From a marine group bacterium Sva0996 bin134 (GTDB lineage: Bacteria; Actinomycetota; Acidimicrobiia; Acidimicrobiales; Bin134), in NCBI GenBank assembly GCA_002239105.1, contig MPNQ01000017.1, forward strand, positions 378 through 64,377: DNA of 64,000 nucleotides. The letters run 5' to 3'. Shown piece after piece: positions 54,529-63,596 of this stretch. Positions within the stretch are counted from its first letter, which is position 1. Each line of letters starts with the position of its first letter. The position numbers and the translations under genes were made by a program. The notes beneath the pieces were generated by a model. That model was not told where the DNA came from, ran no database searches, and saw nothing but the letters and a program-made list of their open reading frames with translations.

Positions 54529-55394
54529 CTGATTGGGAGTGGACTCTGGGCGGGCTCAAGAGCCCGGTGGATCCCATCTGGAGCGATGAAAACGTCTTGG
54601 AGCCGTCCAGCGTGCTGCTCACCGACAAGGTGGCCATCGTCACCGGCGGAGCTCGGGGAATCGGGGCGGCCACTGCGGTGGCCCTGGCCCGCTTCGGCGC
54701 CGATCTGGCCATCTGCGATCGGGAAGCCGACGACATGGCCCGCACTGCCGCCGCGGTGGAGGCGCTTGGCCGACGGTGTTTGACCGGGCTGTTCGACGTC
54801 CGCCACCCCGAGCCCCGCGATGCCTGGCTGGCCGAAGTGGGCGAGAACTATGGGCGGGTGGATGTGCTGGTGAACAACGCCGGAGGCACATTCAACTCCC
54901 CGTTTGCCGACATCAATCCCAAGGGCGAGGCCGCGCTGATCGCCGAGAACTTCACCCAGGTCACCGGTTTCATCCGAGGCTGTCTTCCGCTGATGGGAGA
55001 AGGCGGTTCGATCATCAACGTCACCTCCATCGAGGCCCATCGGGCCGGGCCCGGTTTCTCGATCTACTCGGCCATGAAAGCGGCTCAGGCCAACCTCACC
55101 ATGAGCCTGTCGCTAGAGCTGTCCTCGACGAAAGTAAGGGTCAACTGCATCGCCCCCGATGTGATCCCCACCGAGGGCGAGAGAATGCTCGGCGACGAGA
55201 GCACCGACGATCGCACCGGCCTGGCCCCCCAGCCGTGGTTGGAGGGCGGTTCGGTTCATGACTGCGCCGCCGCCGCGGTGTATCTGGCCGGCGACATGTC
55301 TCGCTTCGTGACCGGCACCACCATCCACGTTGACGGCGGCAACATCGCCGCCGCCGGATGGAAGCGCCGCACTTCGGGCCGGTTCACCGCGTAG
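54525..55394 (+). CDS. SDR-family oxidoreductase.
   Basis: ATGA overlap with the VIT gene. VAIVTGGARGIG, NNAGG, YSAMKAA. Confidence 0.85.
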   Translation: MTDWEWTLGGLKSPVDPIWSDENVLEPSSVLLTDKVAIVTGGARGIGAATAVALARFGADLAICDREADDMARTAAAVEALGRRCLTGLFDVRHPEPRDAWLAEVGENYGRVDVLVNNAGGTFNSPFADINPKGEAALIAENFTQVTGFIRGCLPLMGEGGSIINVTSIEAHRAGPGFSIYSAMKAAQANLTMSLSLELSSTKVRVNCIAPDVIPTEGERMLGDESTDDRTGLAPQPWLEGGSVHDCAAAAVYLAGDMSRFVTGTTIHVDGGNIAAAGWKRRTSGRFTA

Positions 55395-55441
55395 ACACCC
55401 CGCTAGGGTTCCAGCCGGCACGCAACTGCGAAGGATCTGAC

Positions 55442-56509
55442 ATGGACATCGACGTTGATCGGATAACCGAGTTGGCCGGCGAGGTCGCCACCCACATGGC
55501 CGGGGCCACCACCATGGCCATGGTCCACATCGGCGACGAGCTGGGCCTGTATCAGGCCATGGCCGGAGCAGGACCGATGACCGCCGACGCGCTGGCCGCC
55601 TCGGCCGGCTGCAATCCCCGACTGGTCACCGAGTGGCTGCGCCAGCAGGCCGCCGTTGGCCTCGTCGAACTCGACGGCGACGGCGACGACAATGCCACCT
55701 TCCAACTGACCGACGAGGCCGCCGCAGTGCTGGCCTGGGAGGTGAGCCCCGCGTTCTTGGCCGGCGGCATCGGCATGTTCCGGGCGATGTTCGCCGACAT
55801 GGACGACATCCTCGAAGCCTTCCGGGGCGACGGCGGGCTGGCATGGGGCGATCACCACCCCTGCCTGTTTTCCTCCACCGCCCGGTTCTTTCGGCCCCAG
55901 TACGAGATGTACCTGGCCAACGAGTGGATCCCGGCCGCCGATGGGATTGACGAGCTTCTCAACGCCGGGGCAACCGCCGCCGACGTGGGTTGCGGCTGCG
56001 GCGACTCGGTGCAGATCCTGGCCTCGGCCTATCCCGAGTCGCACTTCACCGGGATCGACTTCCACGGCCCGTCCATCGATCAGGCCATCGAGGTAGCCGC
56101 TGAGGCCGGGCTGAGCAACGCCTCATTCGAGGTGGCCGACTCCAAGGGCTACCAGGGCAACTACGACGTGATCTTCTTCCTTGACTGTCTGCACGACATG
56201 GGCGACCCGGTAGGCATTGCCGCCCACGCCCGCAGCCAGCTGGCCGAGGGCGGTTCGGTGCTCATGGTGGAGCCCTTCGCCCTCGATGGCCATGTCCACA
56301 ACTTGGCCGAGAATCCCATGGCAGCCACCGCCTACGGCGCCTCTGCGGTGTTCTGCACCCCGTGCTCTCTGGCCCAACCCGTCGGCTTGGGCATGGGCGC
56401 CCAGTCGGGCGAAGCCGCCATGCGAGAAGTTTTCACTCAGGCCGGATTCTCCAACTTCGAGCGCGTCACCGAGACCAACGCCAACATCATCTACCAAGCC
56501 CGCCCCTGA
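55442..56509 (+). CDS. Class I SAM-dependent methyltransferase with an N-terminal winged-helix-like domain.
   Basis: ATG 55442. AADVGCGCGDSVQILA (motif I), DVIFFLDCLHDMGDP. Confidence 0.8.
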   Translation: MDIDVDRITELAGEVATHMAGATTMAMVHIGDELGLYQAMAGAGPMTADALAASAGCNPRLVTEWLRQQAAVGLVELDGDGDDNATFQLTDEAAAVLAWEVSPAFLAGGIGMFRAMFADMDDILEAFRGDGGLAWGDHHPCLFSSTARFFRPQYEMYLANEWIPAADGIDELLNAGATAADVGCGCGDSVQILASAYPESHFTGIDFHGPSIDQAIEVAAEAGLSNASFEVADSKGYQGNYDVIFFLDCLHDMGDPVGIAAHARSQLAEGGSVLMVEPFALDGHVHNLAENPMAATAYGASAVFCTPCSLAQPVGLGMGAQSGEAAMREVFTQAGFSNFERVTETNANIIYQARP

Positions 56510-56558
56510 TGGAGTAGCCCATGAATTGTGCCCCGTGCAGAGGCTGCTGAGCTGACCC

Positions 56559-57341
56559 TTAAGCTGGCGGTATTCCGGTCAGGTTGCACTCGGAGATGAG
56601 GCCGCCGTCGATGACGATGGCTTGGCCGGTGATGGCCGAAGACTCGTCGGAGGCCAAGAACAGCACCAGGTTGGCGATCTCATCGGGATGAATGGTCCTG
56701 CCCAGGGCGTGCATATCGGAGATCTCCTCATGGGTCTTGAGGCCAATCCCGAGCACCGAGTCGTACATGGGCGTCTCCACCACACCGGGGCAAATGGCGT
56801 TGACCCGGACATTCTTGCGCCCCCATTCCACCGCCGCGGTGCGGGTCAGGTTGATGAGGCCCGCCTTGGCCGTGCAGTAGGGGGCGTTTCCCGGAGAGGC
56901 CACCACGCCGTAGATCGATGAGGTGCTGATGATGGAGCCTCCTCCTTGGTCGGCCATGTGGGGGATGGCCGCCTTCATGCCGTACATGGCCGCGGTGAGC
57001 ATCACCCGCAGGCTGGCGTCCCAGCCCTCGGGGTCGAGCTCGGGGATATAGCCCCCGGTACTGGTGGCCGCGTTATTGAACAGCACGTCGATGCGGCCGA
57101 ACTCCGACACCGCCCGCTCCACCGCGGCGGTCACGTCCTCCAGAGAACCCACGTCGCAGTGCTGGTACACCGCCCGAGCCCCTCCCTCGGTCAGCTCGGC
57201 CACCAGCTTCTCGCCTGCCTCGTCCGCCAAGTCGACGCCCACCACTGCGGCGCCCTCTTCGGCCAACCGGCGCAGCGCGGCCATGCCGATCCCACCGCTC
57301 GCCCCAGTAACCAGCGCGACTTTTCCGTCCAAACGACCCAT
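56559..57341 (-). CDS. SDR-family oxidoreductase.
   Basis: VALVTGASGGIG, NNAA, YCTAKAGL. Confidence 0.85.
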   Translation of the reverse strand: MGRLDGKVALVTGASGGIGMAALRRLAEEGAAVVGVDLADEAGEKLVAELTEGGARAVYQHCDVGSLEDVTAAVERAVSEFGRIDVLFNNAATSTGGYIPELDPEGWDASLRVMLTAAMYGMKAAIPHMADQGGGSIISTSSIYGVVASPGNAPYCTAKAGLINLTRTAAVEWGRKNVRVNAICPGVVETPMYDSVLGIGLKTHEEISDMHALGRTIHPDEIANLVLFLASDESSAITGQAIVIDGGLISECNLTGIPPA

Positions 57342-57394
57342 GGGTTGCTCCGTTTCTCGTGTACTTGCCTCGAGTCTGCGTCAGTCTGGCACGC

Positions 57395-58171
57395 TCAACC
57401 GGGGTGAGGCGCAGGCGTGCCCGCGCCTAGACCGCCGTCGGCGGAATAGTCGCCCCCGGTGCAGTAGGAGGCCTGATCGGATGCCAGCCACACCACCAGA
57501 TTGGCCACCTCTCCCAACTCGGCCATGCGCCGAAGCGGCACGGTTGTGCCGTAGTGGCGCTCGTAGTCCTCGTCTTCCCATCCCGGTCGACGGGTCATGG
57601 CGGTGCGCAGCGGGCCCGGCACCACCGAGTTCACCCGAATGCCGGAGTCGGCCAGCTCCAAAGCCGCGGTGCGGGTCAGGCCTCGGATCCCCCACTTAGA
57701 CGTGGAATAGGCCGACATCCCCACCGTGCCCTCGAATGCGCTCGGCGAGCTCAAATTGACGACGGAGCCACCCCCGCACGAGGCCATGACCGGGGCGGCA
57801 GCCTGGATGCCCAAAAGGGTGCCCACCACGTTGGTGTCGATCACCTTGCGGAATTCGGCGGGGTCGCAGTCCAAGATCGGAATCACCCTGGTGATCGCCG
57901 CGTTGTTGACCAAGATGTCGAGTCGCCCGCCGCCAGCGTCAGCGGCTGACGCAACCGCGTTTGCCCACTGCTCGGCATCAGTTACATCAAGCTCGACGAA
58001 TTCGGCTCCGGCCTCAGCAGCGGCCGCGGCCCCGACGTCCACTCTCTTGTCGGCCGCGGTCACCTGGGCTCTGGCCGCCACCATGCGCTGCACGATTTCA
58101 GCGCCCAGCCCCCGAGCCGCCCCGGTTACCAGCGCCACCTTGCCATCCAACTCCTTTGACATCTTCGCCAT
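57395..58171 (-). CDS. SDR-family oxidoreductase.
   Basis: VALVTGAARGLG, NNAA, YSTSKWGI. Confidence 0.85.
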   Translation of the reverse strand: MAKMSKELDGKVALVTGAARGLGAEIVQRMVAARAQVTAADKRVDVGAAAAAEAGAEFVELDVTDAEQWANAVASAADAGGGRLDILVNNAAITRVIPILDCDPAEFRKVIDTNVVGTLLGIQAAAPVMASCGGGSVVNLSSPSAFEGTVGMSAYSTSKWGIRGLTRTAALELADSGIRVNSVVPGPLRTAMTRRPGWEDEDYERHYGTTVPLRRMAELGEVANLVVWLASDQASYCTGGDYSADGGLGAGTPAPHPG

Positions 58172-58210
58172 AAGAGGGACAGGCTACGCCGTTATGAGAA
58201 GTCGGCTGGT

Positions 58211-59446
58211 GTGACCACTAACGCATCCACACACACTGGCCGCAAATTGGGCGAACGGGAGTTCATCCTCTTCATCGCCATGGTCAGCGCCGTATCGGCT
58301 TTGGCCATCGACACCCTGCTCCCGGCGTTCTCCGCCATGCGGGAGGCGTTCAACCTCCCAGAGGACTCCACCGGCCTGTCGTTGACCATCACTCTGTTCT
58401 TTGTGGGGTCGGGCATCGGCAATCTTGTCTATGGCCCAATGGCCGACTCCCTCGGCCGCAAGAGAGTGCTCGTCGGAAGCCTGGTGCTCTACGCCCTGGC
58501 TTCGCTCATGGCCACTTTTTCGGTGACGCTGGGCATGCTCTACGTCAGCCGATTCATCTGGGGATTCGCCGCCGCCGGCCCCCGGACCGCCTCCCAGGCC
58601 ATCGTGCGGGACTACTACTCCGGCGATGCCATGGCCCGGGTGATGACCCTGGTCATGACGGTGTTCTTCTGGGCCCCGGTCGCCGGGCCGCCTCTGGGAA
58701 AGGGCCTGGTGGCGCTGGGGTCGTGGCGTTATGTGATGGCCTTCAGCGTGTTCACCGCGCTGGCCATCGTTCTGTGGTCGCTGCGACTGGAGGAGACACT
58801 GAAACCGGAGCACCGTCGGGCTTTGACCTTCAGGACCACGTTCGACGGATTCCGCTCGGTGACCTCCCACCCGGTGACGCTGGGCTACACCCTGGCCACC
58901 ACGTTCTCGGCGGGCGCCTTCTTCTCGTTCCTGGGCAGCTCCGAGTTGATCTTCGACGATGTGTTCGATCAAGAGCAATGGTTCGTCCCCTACTTCTCGA
59001 TCATGGCTGCCGGGATGGGCCTGGTGGCGCTGCTCAACCACCGCGCCCTGCACCGGTTCCGGGCCCGCAACCTGGCGCTGGGCGCGGGTCTGCTTCAGAT
59101 GGCAGGGGCCAGCACCATGCTGAGTCTCGCAATGGTCAACGGGGGAACGCCGCCGTTTGTTCTGTGGATCACCATTTTCAGCCTGACCAATGCCTGCTTG
59201 GTGGCGTTCTTTCCTTTGGGTCAGAGCTTGGCGTTGGAGCCCATGGGCGAGATGGCCGGCACCGCCTCCGCCGTCCTCGGCTTCACCATGGCCCTGTTCG
59301 GTGCCGGCCTAGCCGCCCTCATCGACCGAGCAGTCAGCGGCACCGTCACCCCAGTAGGAGTCGGCTACCTCGCCTACGGCACCGCCGCAATAGCCTGCCA
59401 GCTGTTCGCGGTGCGTCATCAACATCGAAGAACACCTGCTGTCTGA
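58211..59446 (+). CDS. MFS transporter (Bcr/CflA-like drug-resistance type).
   Basis: 12 hydrophobic segments; GPMADSLGRKRVL (MFS motif A); GTG start. Confidence 0.85.
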   Translation: MTTNASTHTGRKLGEREFILFIAMVSAVSALAIDTLLPAFSAMREAFNLPEDSTGLSLTITLFFVGSGIGNLVYGPMADSLGRKRVLVGSLVLYALASLMATFSVTLGMLYVSRFIWGFAAAGPRTASQAIVRDYYSGDAMARVMTLVMTVFFWAPVAGPPLGKGLVALGSWRYVMAFSVFTALAIVLWSLRLEETLKPEHRRALTFRTTFDGFRSVTSHPVTLGYTLATTFSAGAFFSFLGSSELIFDDVFDQEQWFVPYFSIMAAGMGLVALLNHRALHRFRARNLALGAGLLQMAGASTMLSLAMVNGGTPPFVLWITIFSLTNACLVAFFPLGQSLALEPMGEMAGTASAVLGFTMALFGAGLAALIDRAVSGTVTPVGVGYLAYGTAAIACQLFAVRHQHRRTPAV

Positions 59447-59456
59447 AGCGGCATGG

Positions 59457-59771
59457 TCAGATTCCGAGAAGATCGGCGATGAGCTCTCGGATCTGTTGAA
59501 GCGCGACAGACCCGACATTGGTGCCCGTCGTCTCGACGACGCGGTCGACGCTAATGGTCGTCGGCAGGTGCGCTTGGGCGACACCGAACCCGGAGACGTC
59601 AACCTCGCTCAACCATCCCCGCTTCGTGGTCGTACAGGGCACGACCACGATCGCGTGTTGCCGAAACTCCAGCACATCATCAGATGTAATGACGATTGCC
59701 GGTCGGACGAACCCCGCCTCGCCCCGCGCCGGCGTCCCAAAGTCGCAACGGACGACGTCACCCGCTTGCAT
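59457..59771 (-). CDS. mazF: PemK/MazF-family toxin (copy 2, 104 aa).
   Basis: MQAGDVVRCDF...GFVRPAIVITSDDVL...VVVPCTT. It is 90/104 identical to copy 1 by hand alignment and has the same length. Confidence 0.85.
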   Translation of the reverse strand: MQAGDVVRCDFGTPARGEAGFVRPAIVITSDDVLEFRQHAIVVVPCTTTKRGWLSEVDVSGFGVAQAHLPTTISVDRVVETTGTNVGSVALQQIRELIADLLGI

Positions 59772-59979
59772 CAGCAACATCGCTCGCCGACGCATCGAGG
59801 ACAGCCTCGTCGTTAGCATCAAGTGGGGCGCTTGCCAGCTGTGCCCCGATGATGCGACGGCGCTCCCGTCGGATCATCATCTCTAGTTGCGCGTCAAATG
59901 TGAGTCCTTCACGATCGGCGAGTTGACGCAAGGCATCCCGTGTCCGCAATGAGACCTTGATGGTAGTCGAATCAGGCAT
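59758..59979 (-). CDS. Ribbon-helix-helix antitoxin (copy 2, 73 aa).
   Basis: 67/73 identical to copy 1, with the same 14-nt overlap with the toxin gene. Confidence 0.8.
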   Translation of the reverse strand: MPDSTTIKVSLRTRDALRQLADREGLTFDAQLEMMIRRERRRIIGAQLASAPLDANDEAVLDASASDVADASG

Positions 59980-59986
59980 ACTTGGA

Positions 59987-59992
59987 AGTATA
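59987..59992 (-). promoter_or_regulatory. Candidate -10 box TATACT, 7 nt upstream of the copy-2 antitoxin ATG.
   Basis: The minus-strand sequence GGTATACTTCCAAGTATG has the same geometry as copy 1. Confidence 0.35.
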
Positions 59993-60151
59993 CCTATGCG
60001 GCCTTATCCGTAGTGCTGGCACCCCGTACGGCATTCTAAGCCTCTGCAAATCCCCAGGTAGAGCCGCTGTAGATGGCCGTCTGGCTGGTTTGTCCCCCAA
60101 TCTGTCCCACACATGGGGTGTGGGCTTCCCCCTGTTGGCTGGACACTTGGT

Positions 60152-60515
60152 TTATGCGGCTTGGTTTAGTCGTTGCCGATGGTGCGCCTCCCATTCTGTG
60201 GGGGTCTGGTAGTTGAGGGTGGAGTGGATTCACCCTATGTTGTATCGGCCGATCCAGGCGAAGATGTCGCGGCGTGCCTGTTCTCGGGTCGCGAATCGGG
60301 TCTGTGTGACGAGCTCTCTTTTCAGGGATGAGAAGAACGACTCGACGACGCTGTTGTCCCAGCATTATCCGGCCAATCGTGGCCTGGGGCCGGTAAGGGC
60401 CGCGGAAGGTATGGGCGATGGGGCAGCGGTCGAGTCTGGCGGCAAATCTCTACGAACTGAAATTCGATCCGTTATCGCTGATTGCCTCGTCATTGGGACG
60501 ATGCCGGTAAGCGCT
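60152..60515 (-). pseudogene. Decayed 3' fragment of an IS3-family transposase (OrfB/rve C-terminus).
   Basis: The minus strand reads ...EAISDNGSNFSS* then, after frame breaks, [69 protein letters not shown]. There is an in-frame TGA at 60230-60232. No OrfA and no N-terminal catalytic region are present. Confidence 0.75.
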
Positions 60516-60519
60516 GCTT

Positions 60520-60540
60520 GGTTGCAGCCCGCGTGCAACC
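60520..60540 (-). terminator. Short hairpin 10 nt downstream of the abiEii stop.
   Basis: GGTTGCA-N7-TGCAACC; no U-tract. Confidence 0.3.
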
Positions 60541-60550
60541 GTCGGCAAGA

Positions 60551-61594
60551 TCAGAGGTCGAGACCCGGTGCTTGCCGGGTCGTCGGGTCCGGCAGGCGGG
60601 ACTCCAGATCTGAGGAGAGAGGGCCTAGAGCGAGAGGGTCGGCGGTTTGGATGTTGTGGGCGTCTTGGAGCGCTTCGATGCGTTGGGTGGCTTTCCAGGC
60701 GAGTCTGCCGGTGTCGAGCGCTAGTTCTTGGAGCGGACTGTCGGCGATGTGGCGGTCGATGGTTGAGGTGGCGGTTGCTGCGATCTCGAGGTCGGCTTGG
60801 ATCTTGTGGAGTTTTTCGGCTCTGGTGTGGATTGTGGGGTGGACGAGGTCGTCGAGCGCGAAATGGCTGGGTTTCGTGGCGGCTGTGGTCTCTGCGAGGG
60901 GCATTGCGGCTTGGGGTGGTCTGCGGGATGGAAGCATGGCAGACCAGTTGCGGTGGGATTTCAGGACGTATAGCTCTGCGACCAGTTCGGTGTCGTCGAT
61001 GAGGCGCCAGGCGGCGGCGATGTCGTGGAGGTCGCGTACCAGGCGCCGCGTCTGCCAGCGGCTCAGTTTCTCCGCGATGTTCTCTTCGAGCTTCATGGTC
61101 GGGACCGCGGCTTGCAGGTCCCAGATGGCTGTGGGCAGCGCCGGGGAGGCCACAGGACGCAGGTGGTCGGGGCCCAGCCAATGTCCGCGGTGGGAGAAGT
61201 CCAGCTTTACGTCGTATGCGCCGTCGGGCAGAAGGCCCGACGCTATTCGCAAGTGCCGGTGGCCGCGTCTTTCGGCGACCTCGAAGAAGAAGCCTGCCGA
61301 GGCGAACCCATCGACCTCTTCGGCAATGATCTCCTCGCTGCCGGGCTCGACGTCGAAGTCCAAGTCGAAAGAGAACCTGCCCTTGTGGCCAAATCGGAGC
61401 TTGCGCAGCGCGGTGCCCCCTTTGAACACCACGCTGAACTCCTCGAACAGTCCTTGTGTGTGCATCTCCCGCAAAAGCACATCGAACGCCGCGTCCAGCA
61501 CCGCCGCCTCCAAGACGTCCTTTGAACGGGCCGCAACGGGAAACGCCCTCAAGATGTCGTCGCGCCTGATTTGTTCGCCGGGCATCGTGCTCAT
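60551..61594 (-). CDS. abiEii: AbiEii/AbiGii-family nucleotidyltransferase toxin (type IV TA / abortive infection).
   Basis: FKGGTALRKLRFGHKGRFSFDLDFDV is the family hallmark; 347 aa. Confidence 0.85.
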   Translation of the reverse strand: MSTMPGEQIRRDDILRAFPVAARSKDVLEAAVLDAAFDVLLREMHTQGLFEEFSVVFKGGTALRKLRFGHKGRFSFDLDFDVEPGSEEIIAEEVDGFASAGFFFEVAERRGHRHLRIASGLLPDGAYDVKLDFSHRGHWLGPDHLRPVASPALPTAIWDLQAAVPTMKLEENIAEKLSRWQTRRLVRDLHDIAAAWRLIDDTELVAELYVLKSHRNWSAMLPSRRPPQAAMPLAETTAATKPSHFALDDLVHPTIHTRAEKLHKIQADLEIAATATSTIDRHIADSPLQELALDTGRLAWKATQRIEALQDAHNIQTADPLALGPLSSDLESRLPDPTTRQAPGLDL

Positions 61595-62436
61595 GTGTCC
61601 CAGTCGTAGGACCAGTTGCGCTCTAAGGCGTAGTCCACGACGCAGTACTCAGAAGACCACACAGGCAGCCAGGGCATCGCGTCGTCCAGGCCAGCGACGG
61701 CCCGCCCGAAGTAGAAGGGGCCGCCATCCAATCGCGGACCCCGGGCCCTGAGGGCCGCCGCTGTGTCGTGCTGGCCGCCGCGATGCAACAGGTAGGCGGT
61801 GCGAGCCCAAGCCGCTGCCGGCCGGCCAATCAACTCATCTGCGACCAGTTCAGGGTCGACATCCGAGCAGGCCTCGGGGAGCCACTCGGCGATGTCTGTC
61901 CATGGGAATCGGCCCGGACGAGTGCCCATGTACGCCAGCAGGGTTTCGGGCTTCCACACCGGCAGCCCGTGCAGCACATCCATCGGGACGCGCGGCGACC
62001 ACCGACACACCGCATAGGCGGCCAGACACCAGGGCACACGCTCGTTCGCGGGAAAGCCGATCGCGGCAGAAGTCGGGCGACGCAACCAGCCCCGCACCTC
62101 AGCAGCCGACCTCCCGCCCACACACGCCTCCGTGCCCGGACTCACCGAAAGCCGCGCCCGCAACACGACAAATGCCCCCATGTGCGGAGCAGAAAAACCC
62201 GTGGCCACCCCCCAAGCACCCTTCACCGGCAACGGGAAAAGCCATCCTCGCTCGCGCAATGCGCGCGCGGCCTGTTGGGGAGTGCGCCTGCCGCTGAACG
62301 AACTCAAATCCTCAAGCGTCACCACCTCGGCGTTCTCCTCAAACAACATGTTCACCCCAGCAGCCAAGTCCGCCGGGGGCACGCGAGTCCCAGGAATGTC
62401 ATGCAGCCCTTCCACAAGCACCGTGTTGGCTCCCAT
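61591..62436 (-). CDS. abiEi: AbiEi-family antitoxin/transcriptional regulator.
   Basis: ATGA overlap with abiEii. The 281-aa size and position are typical. The N-terminal region VVTLEDLSSFSGRRTPQQAARALRERGWLFPLPVKGAWGV fits the AbiEi wHTH pattern. Confidence 0.7.
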   Translation of the reverse strand: MGANTVLVEGLHDIPGTRVPPADLAAGVNMLFEENAEVVTLEDLSSFSGRRTPQQAARALRERGWLFPLPVKGAWGVATGFSAPHMGAFVVLRARLSVSPGTEACVGGRSAAEVRGWLRRPTSAAIGFPANERVPWCLAAYAVCRWSPRVPMDVLHGLPVWKPETLLAYMGTRPGRFPWTDIAEWLPEACSDVDPELVADELIGRPAAAWARTAYLLHRGGQHDTAAALRARGPRLDGGPFYFGRAVAGLDDAMPWLPVWSSEYCVVDYALERNWSYDWDT

Positions 62437-62660
62437 GCCACCACCCTACCACTGCCACTGTCAAAAGAACCCCGGTTGGAACCAAATGACGGAAGTCGGG
62501 CACTGCAGTTTCCGCCGACCGACGGCTGCTAGACCACAGCGGCGACCGAGGGCTCATGTGCCGATGACGAAACAACGACAAAATCGAGCACAACGCCAAA
62601 CGACCCAGAACACACGATATGCGTCTGCAGAAACCACAACAGGCATCCTGGCGCAGCAGA

Positions 62661-62680
62661 CCGGTCGCAACCGGTCGCAA
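62661..62680. repeat. Perfect tandem 10-mer CCGGTCGCAA x2.
   Basis: Read directly. The same 10-mer occurs twice in inverted orientation at 63597-63606 and 63629-63638. Confidence 0.8.
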
Positions 62681-62777
62681 ACCAAAAATGGCCGGCCGCA
62701 CGCCAAGATCTCGCATCTGAAACTGCAACCGCCAGACCCGCTGTCTACCGATACGCTCGCTTTGGCGAATGCCCGGG

Positions 62778-63191
62778 CTACGCGGGCGGGGGTTCCGTCG
62801 GGAGTTCCTGAGAGCCGATCCTCAGTACAGTGGAAGGCGCCATCCGAGCGATCTCAGCCACCGTGCGGAGGCTGTAATCAGCAGCAAGGGCCGACTGGAC
62901 GGCCTTGGCTCGCACCCACTTGGCACGGTCTAGCCAGGCTTGGGCCTCGCGCACCATGTCGGCGCTCTCGTCCAAAGCGGCCATGACCGGAACTGTCGCC
63001 ACCAATTCAGCCATCTCCTCGGCCTTGCGCCGAACAGCGGCCCTCCGGGACAACTCATCGAGAACCTGGAGCTGACGGGCTAAAGACAGGCTCTCGTCGT
63101 TCAGCAGCCCCTTCAACCCTTCGTCGGTCAAACCAGCCAGTCCCGATGCGTTCTTCACCGCGCAGACGATAGCCGTTCGACTTCTGAACAC
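62778..63191 (-). CDS. Hypothetical protein (137 aa) with a C-terminal helix-turn-helix-like segment.
   Basis: Listed ORF with GTG start. It has a coiled/helical body. YSLRTVAEIARMAPSTVLRI looks like an HTH. No family was recognised. Confidence 0.5.
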   Translation of the reverse strand: MFRSRTAIVCAVKNASGLAGLTDEGLKGLLNDESLSLARQLQVLDELSRRAAVRRKAEEMAELVATVPVMAALDESADMVREAQAWLDRAKWVRAKAVQSALAADYSLRTVAEIARMAPSTVLRIGSQELPTEPPPA

Positions 63192-63284
63192 ACTTGTGTT
63201 CGATCATTGAACAGTGACTGTGTTCGGGGACAGCACTTCCAGTGCAAACGTGTGGATGTGTTTCGGCTCATTGTTCTCTGTGGG

Positions 63285-63440
63285 TTGCGGGCTTGGGTGG
63301 TCGCTGGTGGCTGGGTTCTGGGGGTTCTGGTCTGGTCTTCGGTGATTGTTGGCGTTGGATGTCTTGCTGGCTGTTTGTTGCTATAGGTCTGGTCGTTGTT
63401 GGCTGATGGCTGGGTCTGGTGGGTTCCTGGATGGATGATG
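63285..63440. repeat. Strongly G+T-skewed low-complexity tract.
   Basis: The plus strand is almost devoid of A and poor in C. GGGTTCTGG is repeated in tandem (63313-63330). A mirror A+C-rich tract lies at about 62560-62660. Confidence 0.7.
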
Positions 63441-63596
63441 TTGCAAGCCCGAGCTCTTGTGCGGTAGTCGTCGGGTCGCCTTCTTGTGCTCGTGGGCGTC
63501 GGCGGCGGCTCGGGCCGCGTGCTTTGGGAGCTGCAGATGCGGAGGGATCTGCGGAGGTGCACTGGGCCTAAGCAGCCTGTTGGCGGGCTTTTCGGT

